A stretch of DNA of 64,000 nt from Parasitella parasitica NRRL 2501 (taxonomy: Eukaryota > Fungi > Mucoromycota), in NCBI GenBank assembly GCA_025201805.1, contig MU619238.1:261970-325969 (forward strand). Direction: 5' to 3'. Below, piece after piece: positions 24,841 to 37,084 of the stretch. Numbering within the stretch: the first letter of the stretch is position 1; each line of letters opens with the position of its first letter. Both the position numbers and the translations under genes were made by a program. The notes below the pieces were generated by a model. That model did no database searches and had not been told where the DNA came from. It saw only the letters and a program-made list of their open reading frames with translations.

Positions 24841-25665
24841 ATGTTTAAAATCTTCAAACGTGTCCTCAGCACACAGGCATTAGCAACATCTCTTAGAACT
24901 AGAAAAGTCGCAGATCTTAAAGACATTGCTACTAACTGTGGTGTCTTGACAGGCGGCACTAAGGCGGTACTGGTTGACCGTTTAACAGCACATCTTGCCT
25001 CTCCCACACAATCATCGTCTATTTTGTCTTTTGACTTGGGCTATCGCAATCTGGCATATTGCCACTTGAGCGCAAACAAAACGGTACTGGACTGGGCACG
25101 CGTTGATCTGGATCTGCCGTCATTTCATCCGTCTGTCGTGGCGCCCATTGTGCGAAAGTTTATCAAGGATAAAGTTTTGCAAAATTTAGAGGTGGTAGAC
25201 CGCGTGTTGGTTGAGCAACAGAGAGCTAGGACCGGTGGCTCGTCTAACGTATTCGAGCATACACTGAGGGTCAACTGTGTAGAAGCCGTTCTCTGGTGTG
25301 GCCTGTTTGAAGGCATTGAAATGACCAAACGCAATACAGTCAAGATGAATCCTACGCTACGGCACTGCATTGATCGCGTTTGGAGGGATGACTTACAGGC
25401 CGTCATGGCCGAAGCACCACAAAAGTTTACTAAAATTAAGGTTGGCCAGTATCAAAAGAAGCAAGCAGGCGCTATGCTGGTTCAAAAGTGGCTTGATACA
25501 GACACGGTAGTTACGTGCCCAGATCATTTCAAGGAAATGTACGCCTTGGAGAAGAAGAAGGACGATCTCAGCGATTGCCTTGTTCAGGCAATCACTTGGT
25601 ATCAGTGGGAATCATACAGCAAGTCATTCTTGCAACAGCTACAAGCTGATTTTATTAAAGAGTAA
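24841..25665 (+). CDS. CCE1: Mitochondrial Holliday junction resolvase Cce1/Ydc2 (SAP + RNase H-like)
   Basis: Presequence-like MFKIFKRVLST; SAP-like KVADLKDIATNCGVLTGGTKAVLVDRL; catalytic SFDLGYRNLAYC, VLVEQQR, KKKDDLSDC. Confidence 0.88.
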   Translation: MFKIFKRVLSTQALATSLRTRKVADLKDIATNCGVLTGGTKAVLVDRLTAHLASPTQSSSILSFDLGYRNLAYCHLSANKTVLDWARVDLDLPSFHPSVVAPIVRKFIKDKVLQNLEVVDRVLVEQQRARTGGSSNVFEHTLRVNCVEAVLWCGLFEGIEMTKRNTVKMNPTLRHCIDRVWRDDLQAVMAEAPQKFTKIKVGQYQKKQAGAMLVQKWLDTDTVVTCPDHFKEMYALEKKKDDLSDCLVQAITWYQWESYSKSFLQQLQADFIKE

Positions 25666-25689
25666 AAAGACATTTATACATAATAATCG

Positions 25690-27696
25690 TTAGTTTACGG
25701 CAACGCCCCTTCCATGCTTATCCACAAAGCTGCCGTGCAATGTCACAGCATTGAATGAGCCTATGGTTGTTCTTGCAATCTCCTCAAATGAGCAGGCATC
25801 CAGAATGAGCAAAAAGCAGGACTCGCGACCATCTTCCAGCGTTGTATTTACGATAGACATTACAACACCATCATCCTCGTCTTGGCCGTCAGGGCTGGGA
25901 ACAAAGATGGGCTCGGCACATGAGCTGCCAGGCTCGTCCCAGATTTTGGCAGAGCTCTCGTCGTCTGTGTTGCGACCCAAGTAGACGTTTTCCAAGTCCA
26001 GCTTGATAAGACCATTTACAACAGATCCAGATGCATACGAAGGAGCGTGGCGCGATTCGCAAACGCCCCAGCAGAAACGGTAGGGCTTCATGCTATAGCG
26101 AGGATTAAAGCGAGGCATTTCTAGATCGTGGCCGATGATGGTGTACGACGCAACTCTACGCTTATTAAATTTGGTGATATTAGAGAATGCGTTCGACCAA
26201 GAAGGTGTCCAGGAAGCATCGCCGAATTTAGCAACTGGTACCTGACCAAGACGATAGCGACGGAACTGTGAGGGTGCAATTTGATGTTCTTTTTTGTGCG
26301 CTGTATTCTTGTCAAATATATAGCGAGCAGGCTTGACCTGATCCAGATCCATTTGTCCAGTAGGCGTTTTGCCTAGCTCAAAGCTGGCGTCCACGATATC
26401 TGTGTTCTCGTACATGCAGTAGTCCATGTAGATGACTCGTTCTTTGCGACCGCCTGGCAGCTCAACTTCTTCGTCCCAAGCGTTGGCCGTGTGGAAAGAA
26501 AAGCAAGGATCTGCTTCGTAGGTGGCAACGTGGTGACCTGTATGTCGATCAACGACATGAAACAGCGTATGTCTTGTTTCGTCCCAGTAGAACGTCTGAT
26601 AGGCAGAGGAATAATAGATGGCAGAAAGGCCGCCAAATGAGTAGTAATAAGGGAAATTAGGAATGATAATATAGTTCTTTGTCATGCTAAATGAGTGGAT
26701 ATACGATGGCTTCAACGCTTCCATTGTTTTCCAGGCACCGAGATGGCGCCAGATGGGTTGATGAAGACGAGGCTCAGGGGCAGGCATGGCCTCCTTCTCA
26801 CCGGGAGGAGAAGGCATGTATGGACCAAGAGAAAACGTTTGAAAAGTAGGAAATGGACCAAGCTTTACCATAAAATTTACATATTCATCGGTATCTTCGT
26901 CATATTGATGATGTGAGGCACACAATTGCCCTTGAAGCTGCTTGCTGACATGCCCATAGGTAAACATCTTCAGGGGCTCTATGGGAGTTGCGTATTTCGT
27001 TAGTTCAATTGTCCGTGCGTATGTATGGTCTCTATATGGATAAGCATACTCAATGATTCGGGATCTACTAATTGGAGAGTGTTGGCATCTCTTTTCACGA
27101 CTAGCGCCTCCCCTCTCTTGATGCCGGTCTCGTTCTCCAGATCAGCGCCCAAAGGAAAGTTGGGCGTAACTGTAACATTGACCATATCAAATTCGGCATC
27201 ATTCTCTTGGATAGCGGCATTGGAGCCAAACTTGGAGATGTGATGGTAGACTGACTGGATGCGGCCAAAGATGGTTTTGCATGGGTCAGGGCCAAATGTG
27301 AGCAAAGTGGGGTCTCTTTGACCGATTCTGCGCTCAACACCATGCGATGTATGGCGAGAATTATACTTTACAGTCTGCGTCTTTCCGTTAATTTCAAACC
27401 GATGGAGCATAGCAAGGCCGTCAAAGGGATGTCCAATATGAAATGTGTCGCCATTGTCCAAGAGAATATTGTACTTGCCTGATCCTGAGTGTTCCTGAGC
27501 GTAAGTTCGTTGGAATATGACACTATATATCTGTTATACACTTGCCTGATCTATACATTATGCCGTGAACCCATGATGGTATTTGACCCTCTAGTTGGAG
27601 AGTTACCGGTGACTCGACGGCAGGGACGTTCTTGAATCCTACGGGAGAGGGTGCAGCTTCCTTGGCATTTGGGTTAGATACAGCTAGAGTTATCAT
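25690..27696 (-). CDS. Carotenoid cleavage oxygenase (RPE65 family; CarS/Tsp3-like)
   Basis: LEGQIPSWVHGIMYRSG; HPFDGLAMLHRF; four Fe-ligand His (CASHH, YIHSF, FHTAN, TLHGSF); EMPRFN; EPIFVP...EDDGV. CarS versus AcaA cannot be resolved without a tree. Confidence 0.88.
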
Positions 27697-27960
27697 TTTG
27701 CACTGGAGAGTGAGCTAAAGTTGAATAAAAAGCAGGGAATGCTGAAAACAAGCTTGTATTTATACAGTAGTCTATATCCTCATTATTTTTCAGCTTTATT
27801 GACAGAGATAAGGTTTGAACAAGTTGGATAGAACAATGTAGTACAGAGATTTAAAAATAAGGGGAGGGACAATGCACACACACACAATGCGATTATCCCA
27901 AACACAGACAACAAAACTGGTCAATCTCCGTGCATTGCCAACTTATTTCTTGGAGCTTAC

Positions 27961-28682
27961 TTACTGCTGCACCACATTGTTATTAACAGCAGGAGTATTG
28001 GTAATGGGTGCAGCAGCATTGGTATTCGCAGTAACATTGGTATTCACAGCAGCAGCAGCAGCAGCAGCTTCGTTCGATGCTTTTGCTGACTGAACAAGGG
28101 ACATCCGCTGCTTCTCTTGCTGCAGTGCCTTTTGATACTGTGATCTTCTATATTTCTCTTCCTTTGCGAGGATACGTCTTCGTTCCATTTCCTGTCTATG
28201 CATTGCTTCAAAAGGAGTCTGTGGGGGCCCGTATCCAAAGCAACAGCAACATGTTTCCAAGAAACTGTGCGCATTGAAATTCACAATTAAATCGGGAAAT
28301 CGACCATCTTTTGCAACCAGCATAAATATACATACCTCGCCCATAGTGAGCTTTCCTCGATGTAATACGGTGCAACGCCATTGACCAGCTGTGGATGCAT
28401 TTGTGTAGGAGTCATAAACATTGGCTGCTGATGGTGTGGCATACTCAAAACTGCATTGTCATGTATGTGCAGGCGTAAAGGAATGGAACTGTTTAATGCA
28501 CTTTTCTTTGTCTAGCTATAGCTTTCTTTTGTTCTAGAGATTGACTTACATTCGCTGGATATGGCTGAATAGGGAGGCACGCTATAGGGGTTCATCCCAG
28601 GGTACGGTGGCTGTGAGGGATGGTACGACGCCGTTATTGGAAGTGGTGGCTGGCTGTTGTAAGGATTTTGATATGGGTCCAT
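27961..28682 (-). CDS. Hypothetical Pro/Tyr-rich protein with a CCCC cluster and short coiled coil, multi-exon
   Basis: MDPYQNPYNSQPPLP... first exon; GT-AG introns; FLETCCCCFGYGP followed by a charged helix and an Ala/Asn-rich tail. Confidence 0.6.
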
Positions 28683-28935
28683 TTTGGAAATACTGCAGAG
28701 AAATGAGAACAGATGCAAAGAAGAAAACAACAAAGAGGTGTTATTAATTTATATGTCTAAAATGATTATATAAATTTACGCAGAGGGATTTATGATTCAC
28801 AAAGATCTCGTGAAAATAGACGTTTTAAGATCATTGTTTGTTTATTTTTTACAGCTGATTCATACTAAATGTACATTACATGTGGCATAATTTCTTTTTT
28901 ATTTAAAATGTATGATTTCATCGTCTATAGTAGTT

Positions 28936-30214
28936 TCAAAGTTCCTGATGAACTAAATGAGGCTGATCTTCACTAGCGAGATGCGCGTCCTTTTTGAGAT
29001 CTAGTATGGTGTTTTTCGTTGGTATGTCAGTACACAGGTACATATGTAAGCAAAAAAAAAAAAAAAATCCCACTTACGCTCGATAGTTTCTTGATCGATA
29101 GCTGTTGGGAACACAACCTGGTATTCCACATACAAATCGCCATGTTTAGCGTTGTTGTCTTGGTGTGGCATCCCTTGACCTTTGATTGTTTGCACGAAAC
29201 CATACTGTGTCACACCTTCCCTAACAAGATCAATGCTGGAGTTGTCCAGTTGTGTCATTGTTTTTTTGAAACCGACGAGCGCTTCAACAAGCGTAATGTG
29301 TTGCTTGGTATACAGATTGTCGCCTCGTCTCTCAAATATCGGGTGGGGCGCTGTTTTAACCTCGAATACGATGTTTCCAGGAATAGTTTCTGGATACTCA
29401 TCCGACTCTGCGTCTAGGATAATCTGATGCCCATTCTGCATGCCTCTTTCAATGTGCAACGAGTAGTCTTCGTTGCCTCTGCGCACTTTTCTGCCAGCAC
29501 ACACAGGGCACAAATGTCTGATCACTTTACCCTTACCTTCGCACTTGTGGCACGCTTGCTGGAACTGCTGGAACATGCCAGGCCCAACCTGCGCACGCTT
29601 GATAATCATGCCGCGACCATCGCACTGATCGCACGTATGGATATCCTCTGGCTTACGGGCCCCATTACCATGACAGTGATCGCACAGCACCTGCTTGGAT
29701 ACGTCCAATTGGATTTCAGCGCCATTATACAAGTCTTCTAGCGTCACTTGCAATGGAATGTGGATATCAGGTCCTCTCTTCTCTTGGTGTCCATGGCTCT
29801 GTCGTCCACCGCCAAAAAAGTGGGAGAAGATATCGAATGGATCATGGAATCCTCCACCCCCTCCCTGACCTCCATTTTGCTTTAATCCCTCTTCTCCATA
29901 ACGGTCATAGATAGATCTCTTTTCGTCATCCATCAAAACCTCATAAGCTACACGAAATCAGTCAGTATTAGATCCATCAGCGAATCGTCACCACTACCAT
30001 TGGCTATTTCCATAAATTTCTGCGACGCTGCCTCATCACCGGCATTCTTGTCAGGGTGATAGACTCTAGACAGCTTTTTAAAGTGTCGCTTAATTTGAGC
30101 TTTTTGCGCGTCGCGCGGAACGTCCAATATGTCATAGTAATCCTTGGCGGCCGATACAAGAGCAGCTAACAGTGTACAAGTAAAAAATAGCAGCAGAGTT
30201 GTTGTTCCACGCAT
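28936..30214 (-). CDS. SCJ1: ER-lumenal type I DnaJ/Hsp40 (Scj1-like)
   Basis: Signal peptide; J domain with HPD; four CxxCxGxG-type repeats; the last exon splices to ...HLVHQEL* (ER-retention-like). Confidence 0.9.
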
Positions 30215-30744
30215 ATTTGATATATTGCAATATGAGAAAAAAGAAATCTAGATTTAGCCAAGAGAGAGAGATAGCGAGAGCGAGAGCGAGATGCGGATGT
30301 TTATTTGGCTTGGTTGACAAGCAGCTGCACATTAGTCACAGCTACTACCGGAGCCCCAGGGCCTCCAACCTGAAGCTCAGGAACGCATGAAACAAGGCAT
30401 CTATTTGCTAGCCCAGATTATGGTTTCTTCTGGCACATGGCAATAGTAAATCATCGAATAACACCAATGAAGAGAGCCCAATTAGCGGCACCTTCACACC
30501 GCCATCTTGGTGGTCCCTTGCTGAAAAATCAAGGCAAGATTTAGCTCTGGTTATAATATTGAGACATTAGCACTTTGCATCGAATCAAGAAGCAACTTTC
30601 CTTGTCATTTTTATCATCGCTAGTATGTATTTGTGTAGATTAACTTGTGCCTGAAGCTCCTGCATCACCATCATTGAGGGACTTTTGATACATCAGAGCC
30701 TGTTGTAGAGACACAAATACTTTTATTCATGTGCTGGAGCCTCA

Positions 30745-33721
30745 CTATTGGATAATTTCAATATTCTCACGAATTGTTGTGAGACCCTGATTTGAATGTA
30801 TGAAAATTAATTTACTCGCCATGTCAAACGGGCTGCCAGAATAAACAATAAACTCGTTCTGATTCAATACGTTTTCAAGACCATAGATATCTCGCACATT
30901 GGTTGTAATGTACTGGATAGACTCTTCCTCGCTGATAGCACCGTTATCCAGCTGGGCAGAGGAAGGAGACGAAGCTGCTAGCCATCCAGCATCCCAGATC
31001 AAATTACGAGAATAACTATTATCAGGAATACCGACAGCAATCTTCACGCCATGTTTATGCAGTACATGTGCTGCTGTACCATTGCTAAGTGGGGCTCCAG
31101 TCAAACAATGGCTAGAATCAAAATTGATGGGCGTGCATAAAACAGGGCTGAGCACGACGGGAATATCGGCTTCTGCCAAAAAGCGCGCAACCAAATAGGA
31201 CTCTGTTCCACCCTGAATGACAATACGAGCTTTGGGAAGGTCTTGCTGCTTCAATGCGACGAGAGAGGCAATTTCGTCCTTGTTGTGAGCTGTAATGATG
31301 GTAGGGATTTCACCCCGAGCAGCTTGACCGTAATAGTTGTCATTGAAAATGTTGTCTGTCAAGAGCTGGCGAATGTAGTTGATCTGACCAGACACTGTAG
31401 GGAAACTGTCCGATTTGAATTCGTGGCCAATCTGCATATGAAGCGCGACAGCTTTGGATAGCAGAGCGCCTTTATGGAGGACTATTGCAATGGAAATATG
31501 GTTAACATGCCATGCTTTGAAATATCAGATCGCAGGACTTACGGGATTCTGCATCTGTCTTGAAGGCAGCCGAGACGCCAACTACGATATTTCTAGACAT
31601 TGGAGCTGTGATGACGGATAATATACCGCCTTTGTGGGCTGCTTCTAGTTGATGTGAACCCAACTTGATGCCGTCGACAGCGCGAAGAAGGTCCTGAGGA
31701 TTATCATTTCTAATGGCAGGTGCAGTTCCATCTCCTGTCATGGGCTCGAAGAACATTTCTATCAAGCCAAGACTTGACCCCACACCAACAAGCCCTGGAA
31801 GAACATAACCGCCTTGAAGGTTATACTCTGGAACATTGGGTGTCTTGTCGCAGTAAGGGCCAGAGCACGTAATGGAACCGTTTTCGACAACTATTTCGAG
31901 GGGCCCCCTCACTGGTTTCTCATTCAAGAATGAATAGCCAGCATTTTTCAAGATGAAACTCTTTGCGCCATCCATCTTCTTCTTTGGAAGCGCTCCAGTT
32001 TGGGCATTTTGCTTTCTGGGTCGTTGCGATCTGGCAGGTTCAATCGGGCGCTCGTCGAACAAAGGCACGCCATCAATGAAAACTTGCAAGGGCACGGCAG
32101 CCAAGGCAAGAGGCTCACGATCCCAAATTACCAAGTCTGCATCATAGCCCACCTTGAGAGATCCAATACGATGACCCAATCCTAGGGCATTAGCAGGAGT
32201 GGATGTCACAGCTCGAAAAGCTTCTTGAGGAGGAAGGCCATAGTGCGTTGTTTTGGCCGCTTCAAACAGCAAACGCTGAGAATTGAGGACAGGATGATCA
32301 CTCTTGAGAGCTAAAGGGATGCCAGCTTCATACAGAATCCTAGGTGCCTCAGGAATGGACTGATAAGTTTCCTTTGTATATCCCCAGTTGTCTGCAAATG
32401 TAGCTATAGTAATGTTGTTGGAGGCACGACGCAAGATCTCAGGTATTCGATAGGCGTCCAAAGCATGATGGAACGCACTGATTGTAAAGTTAAATTCTAG
32501 CGAGTGACGGATCAAAGCTTCGATGTCGTACGTTTCATAGCAATGAATATTTAAAAGCACTTCGCCGCGCAACAATGCAACCAGGGACTCAAGTTCGATG
32601 TCCTCAGGAAACACTGTATCAATACCACTGTACTTTTTCTGTACGTTTAGACACCAATCATCTTGCTCGCGTTTCAAAGTTTGAGCTCTGGTTAATTCTT
32701 TGCGTAAAAGATGTGCCATGCCCAAGCGGGTAGAAGGCTGCATGTGTAAAAGACTTCCGTAGATACGCTGGATCAACATCAGTAATATATTAGCATAGTG
32801 TACTGTGCAGGGCATACCTTGGGATTCTCTCCACAGGCCATTTTCATCCATCTCCACTCTTTATCCTCAGTATTGTTTGCTTGGACAAGCATATCTTCAT
32901 TACTCACAGTAGATCGAGGGCGTAATTTGAACGCGTAAGCTTCACCTCCGATGACATTTGCTGATCCAGGTAAAGCCAAGACTGATGTAATTCCGCCGGA
33001 TGCAACAATGCGGATGGCTTTGTCGGAAGGATTAAATCCGTCAAGTACACGCACATAAGGAGTTACTGGATTAGGCATTTCGTTCACATCTACAGATGAT
33101 GTAAATCTGGGCCAACCATCGATACCCATATGACTAAAAGATCGACTCAGTAGGTATGTCATTGTGCAGATCACCAATTTCAAACGTATATTACCTGTGC
33201 ATATCAACTAACCCGGGACTGACAATATGTCCACCGACATCGATTATCTTTACTTGTTTGTCCTCATTTAACTGAATGCCCTTCTCAATTTGACGAATAA
33301 TACCATTCTCAATGTAGACGTCAACATTCTCCACAACTTTCCCTTGACCATCCCAGACAACGGCGTTTCTCAGCAATATAGGTTCTTGATGAGGTTCAGC
33401 ACGAGGGTTGTAATCACGATATTCGCTGGGAAGATTAGCCTTTTTACGATGACGAGTTTGGATTGCTTCACATTTAGCACGACCTGCATCTATAGTAGAG
33501 AATGACAAAGCATTTCGCAGGTTTTTGGATGGGAAGACTGTTGATGTATCTGGCAGAAAAGTATACGCAAGTGATATTAACAATAAAGCAGCAACTGAGA
33601 ATAATACAAGAACAGAGTATAGATTTCTGCGGATCACATCTTCTACACGTTTCAAAGGAGAAGACTTTTCAACATCCCTCAATGGCATAATGGATGGAAA
33701 GCTAGTTTGTTTCGCAGACAT
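30745..33721 (-). CDS. Membrane-anchored amidohydrolase-family protein (two tandem amidohydrolase-like domains)
   Basis: N-terminal TM; PGLVDMH/SH (HxH), KMACGENPK, IHCYE, FHHA, KSDHP, IGSLKVGYDADLVIW; second degenerate domain beginning GGYVLPGLV. Confidence 0.85.
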
Positions 33722-34498
33722 ATTCCCTAAAAAACAAACAAACCAAAAGGAAAAGTTTTCCGCTTTTTGTAGACATCGGCTGGTTACACGCCGATAAAAA
33801 AAAAGTTAGACTTTTCATCAAATCGTAGATTGCAGATCTTTTGAAGGTGGTAAGCTTGTTTCTGTTATGTAGCATTTTATCTAAACTTCATTAAATTACA
33901 AAAGACGTGCCAGCGCATTTAACAAAATTTAAAGACTCAACAAGTATATATCAAGTATTATCTAAACTCGTTGTGTTTATAATATTTCAACCATCCGTTC
34001 AATGGCATCATATACTCTATCAAGCAATCTCAGGTCTTGAAAAGAAAAACTACTGCTCTGCCAAAAAGGCATGAAATTATGCAATTATTAGATTGGCAAT
34101 TATTTGTATACAGTGACAAGAGTAAGCCATTGATGTACTTTATATTCTTGCTTGGCAATTAAATGTTAAACATAAACTACAAATTGCATTCATTGATTGA
34201 TTCACGTGGACTTATTTATACAAATAGACATTTTTATCCTAGTCAATAACATCCATCTTTATTACTTTTTCTCATTTCTGTTGATAACTTTATCGACATT
34301 GATATTTTCATCCAGAGATTTTATTCTATAGTGCCGATGAGTTGTCGCTATGTTTCCAAGTTTTATTACGATTCTATGATGAATGTAAATTATTCATTGA
34401 TAAGTTTAGCTTTAAAATTTAGACCAAGTTGATGATTTTTTTTTACAAGACATTCATGGATGATAATCCTGTTGATTATAGAATTACCGGCAACATTC

Positions 34499-34575
34499 AA
34501 CCTTAAATTTGGTCAGGAATGGTTGCCATGACAAAGTAGTCAAAATAATGGTAACTATTGTATTCTATGGGCACA
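34499..34575. repeat. Dispersed repeat, copy A (pairs with 59897-59973)
   Basis: Gapless 77-nt alignment with 60 identities counted by hand; weaker similarity extends on both sides. Confidence 0.75.
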
Positions 34576-35129
34576 TCAAATATTAATGGAGATTAGCTAG
34601 CTGCTAGAAATTCTGTTACGTTGTTCATGCGGAATGCAAGGTCATTTGAGAAGAACTTAAAGTATATCTGCGATATGTATGCATCCGAGCCGTATATAAA
34701 TCCAGTATTCAATAAAGAACAAAAAAAAAAAACGCATTGTTTTTTCTTGAGAGAGCTCGTTTATAATTTGACTAGATGCTACGCACAGTAATTTACTATC
34801 AGTCATGCATATGCAGAGACTATCTACGCGGATATAATTTGCAGAAAAACATGAAATATATCTTGATATACTTTTACATGTGCTATTTTTTCATGATATT
34901 TTGTAATTACAATTGTATTTTGGTTTAGAATAATCGTAAATAGGACATTTGAAATATTCGTATTTGATAGATATAAACTATGCTATCAACCTAAAAGGAG
35001 GGGGGTATATCGCAAGACGTTTGTTCAAAATCAACAGTAGTCTGAAATCGAAAAAAAGTAAGTTGAGCATGGCAAGAACAAGATTTATTTACCTTTTCCC
35101 ATTCTCTACTCTGTTGATTTCCTGAAAGA

Positions 35130-36755
35130 ATGACTACCACCTCAGTGTCTTCAGAGCCACTTTCATCAAATTATTTATCGACTTATTCTTCGACTTCTTC
35201 GTTTCATAACTTTACTCGTAGACATTCGATTTATGGAACTGAAGATAGAGTTGTGCTAGACATTGGTTCTTTGTATATAAAGTGTGGATTTTCAGGCGAG
35301 TCTTCGCCCAGACACTTGGTTCCAACATGGTCGTATCTAGGCAAGTCAAGAGATGCAGACGGCGAAGTTATGAGAGTCAATAAAGAGGTAATTTGTATAC
35401 GACTATTAATTTCATAGTATCTCATAATATACCAGTTGGAAGAACTTTATAGCCTCGACATTATGGCAAAGGACAATTTGAATGATATCGAAGAAAGATT
35501 GAAAAAGTTGCTTCATGAGATTTATTTTCGGTAAGAGCATTCTTTGAGGAAGTCATAAAGTAAGGCACTAACGCTATAGACAGTTTGCTATTAACTGATC
35601 CTAAATCACGTAAAGTGATTATATGCGAATCACCACTTGCACCTGTGGTCCTCAAGCAGATGATAGCCAAGCTGCTCTTTGACTATTTCCAAGTGCCATC
35701 AATATCTTTTGTACCTATTCATTTAATGGCCCTTTTAACTACTGGCTTGACAACTGGCTTAATCGTTGATGTGGGTCATCTAGAAACGAGCGTATTACCC
35801 GTAAGTACTTGACAGTTGGTTTCATTCTCCCATGCAACAAGCTAATGGTGGTATTAGATTTACGTCTCACGACCGTTGATACCATACATATCCACAACAC
35901 CACTTGCTGGAAAAGCAATTACAAAACGTCTCAAAGATCTTTTATTCGAGCACGGACGTTTCATTCCCCCCTCAAACTTGCATCTATCACTCGCACCACA
36001 CAACAATATACCTGATAATATTCTTACACCTGAGCTCCTGGAAGACATCAAAACTCGGGTGATGTTTTGCTCACCGCTTATGATTGGACAGCAGTCGTAT
36101 CAAGATCCCACTTCATTGTTAGAATCGTACAAAAATTTTAGCAGTGCAACTGATCTGTATTATCCCATCACATTGGCGGACGGCACTCGAGCAAATCTAT
36201 TGCTCCCTGGTTGGATTCGTGAGCGAGCAGTAGAAGTTTTATTCGAAGGGGATGAGGATGAGCCAAGCATAACACAATGTATCTTGGATTCATTGCTGAA
36301 GCTCCAGCCCGATTTACGCAAACCTTTAATATCGTCGATGCTCTTCATCGGAGGAACATCGTTATTACCTGGTTTCCAGTCGAGGTTGAAGCAGGAGCTA
36401 TTACGTATTATGAGAGATCCTTTGGATTACGAAAAAAGGCGTTATGGATCTTTATTGCGCTTGCACAAATTTATCAAGTTCATAGACAATCCAGAAGAAA
36501 AAGGAGCAGGGCGTATATTCATGAATAATGCCAGAGGGTGGATTGGCGGTAAATGGCATTGTTACAATTGGGAAAGTTGACTTTATTAACTAGATTTCTT
36601 TCTCATCAGGTTCGTTGGTTGGATCGCTGAAGCTATCGGGCGAAGAGATTACCAAAGAGAAGTTTGTTGGAAATGTTACTGACTGGTCCATTGGAAACTG
36701 GAGCAACACCAACGAAACATTGGAAAGAGAGCTTAATATTGTTGGTAACAAATAA
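35130..36755 (+). CDS. ARP10: Actin-related protein 10 (dynactin Arp10/Arp11)
   Basis: VVLDIGSLYIKCGFSGESSPR; LLTDPKSRKVIICESPL; LIVDVGHLETSVLP; FIGGTSLLPGFQSRL; WIGGSL; divergent actin fold. Confidence 0.85.
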
Positions 36756-37084
36756 AGATGGATTATTTTGAGCAGCTGCCAGAACTGTCTCCTGCTAACA
36801 TTGAGTTGTTGATTCATGAAACCAACCTTGACAAATAGTGGGGTCACACACAGATTATAGGGGTTTGCCCCTTCTGTAAGAAATCTGTATAAAGAATAGA
36901 AAGTGGGGCTATTGCTGCTTGCTTCGTGATATGTATAAAATGAAGTAAACCTTTTTATTAATCTTTTTTTTTAAAAAAAAATACGAAAATCTTTAAAAAA
37001 TTAATGTTTTTATGTGGGTGTGGATGTATATAATGATAAGAGGGAAAGGGGAGAGAGAGTAGATGACAATATGGAGGAGGGAAT

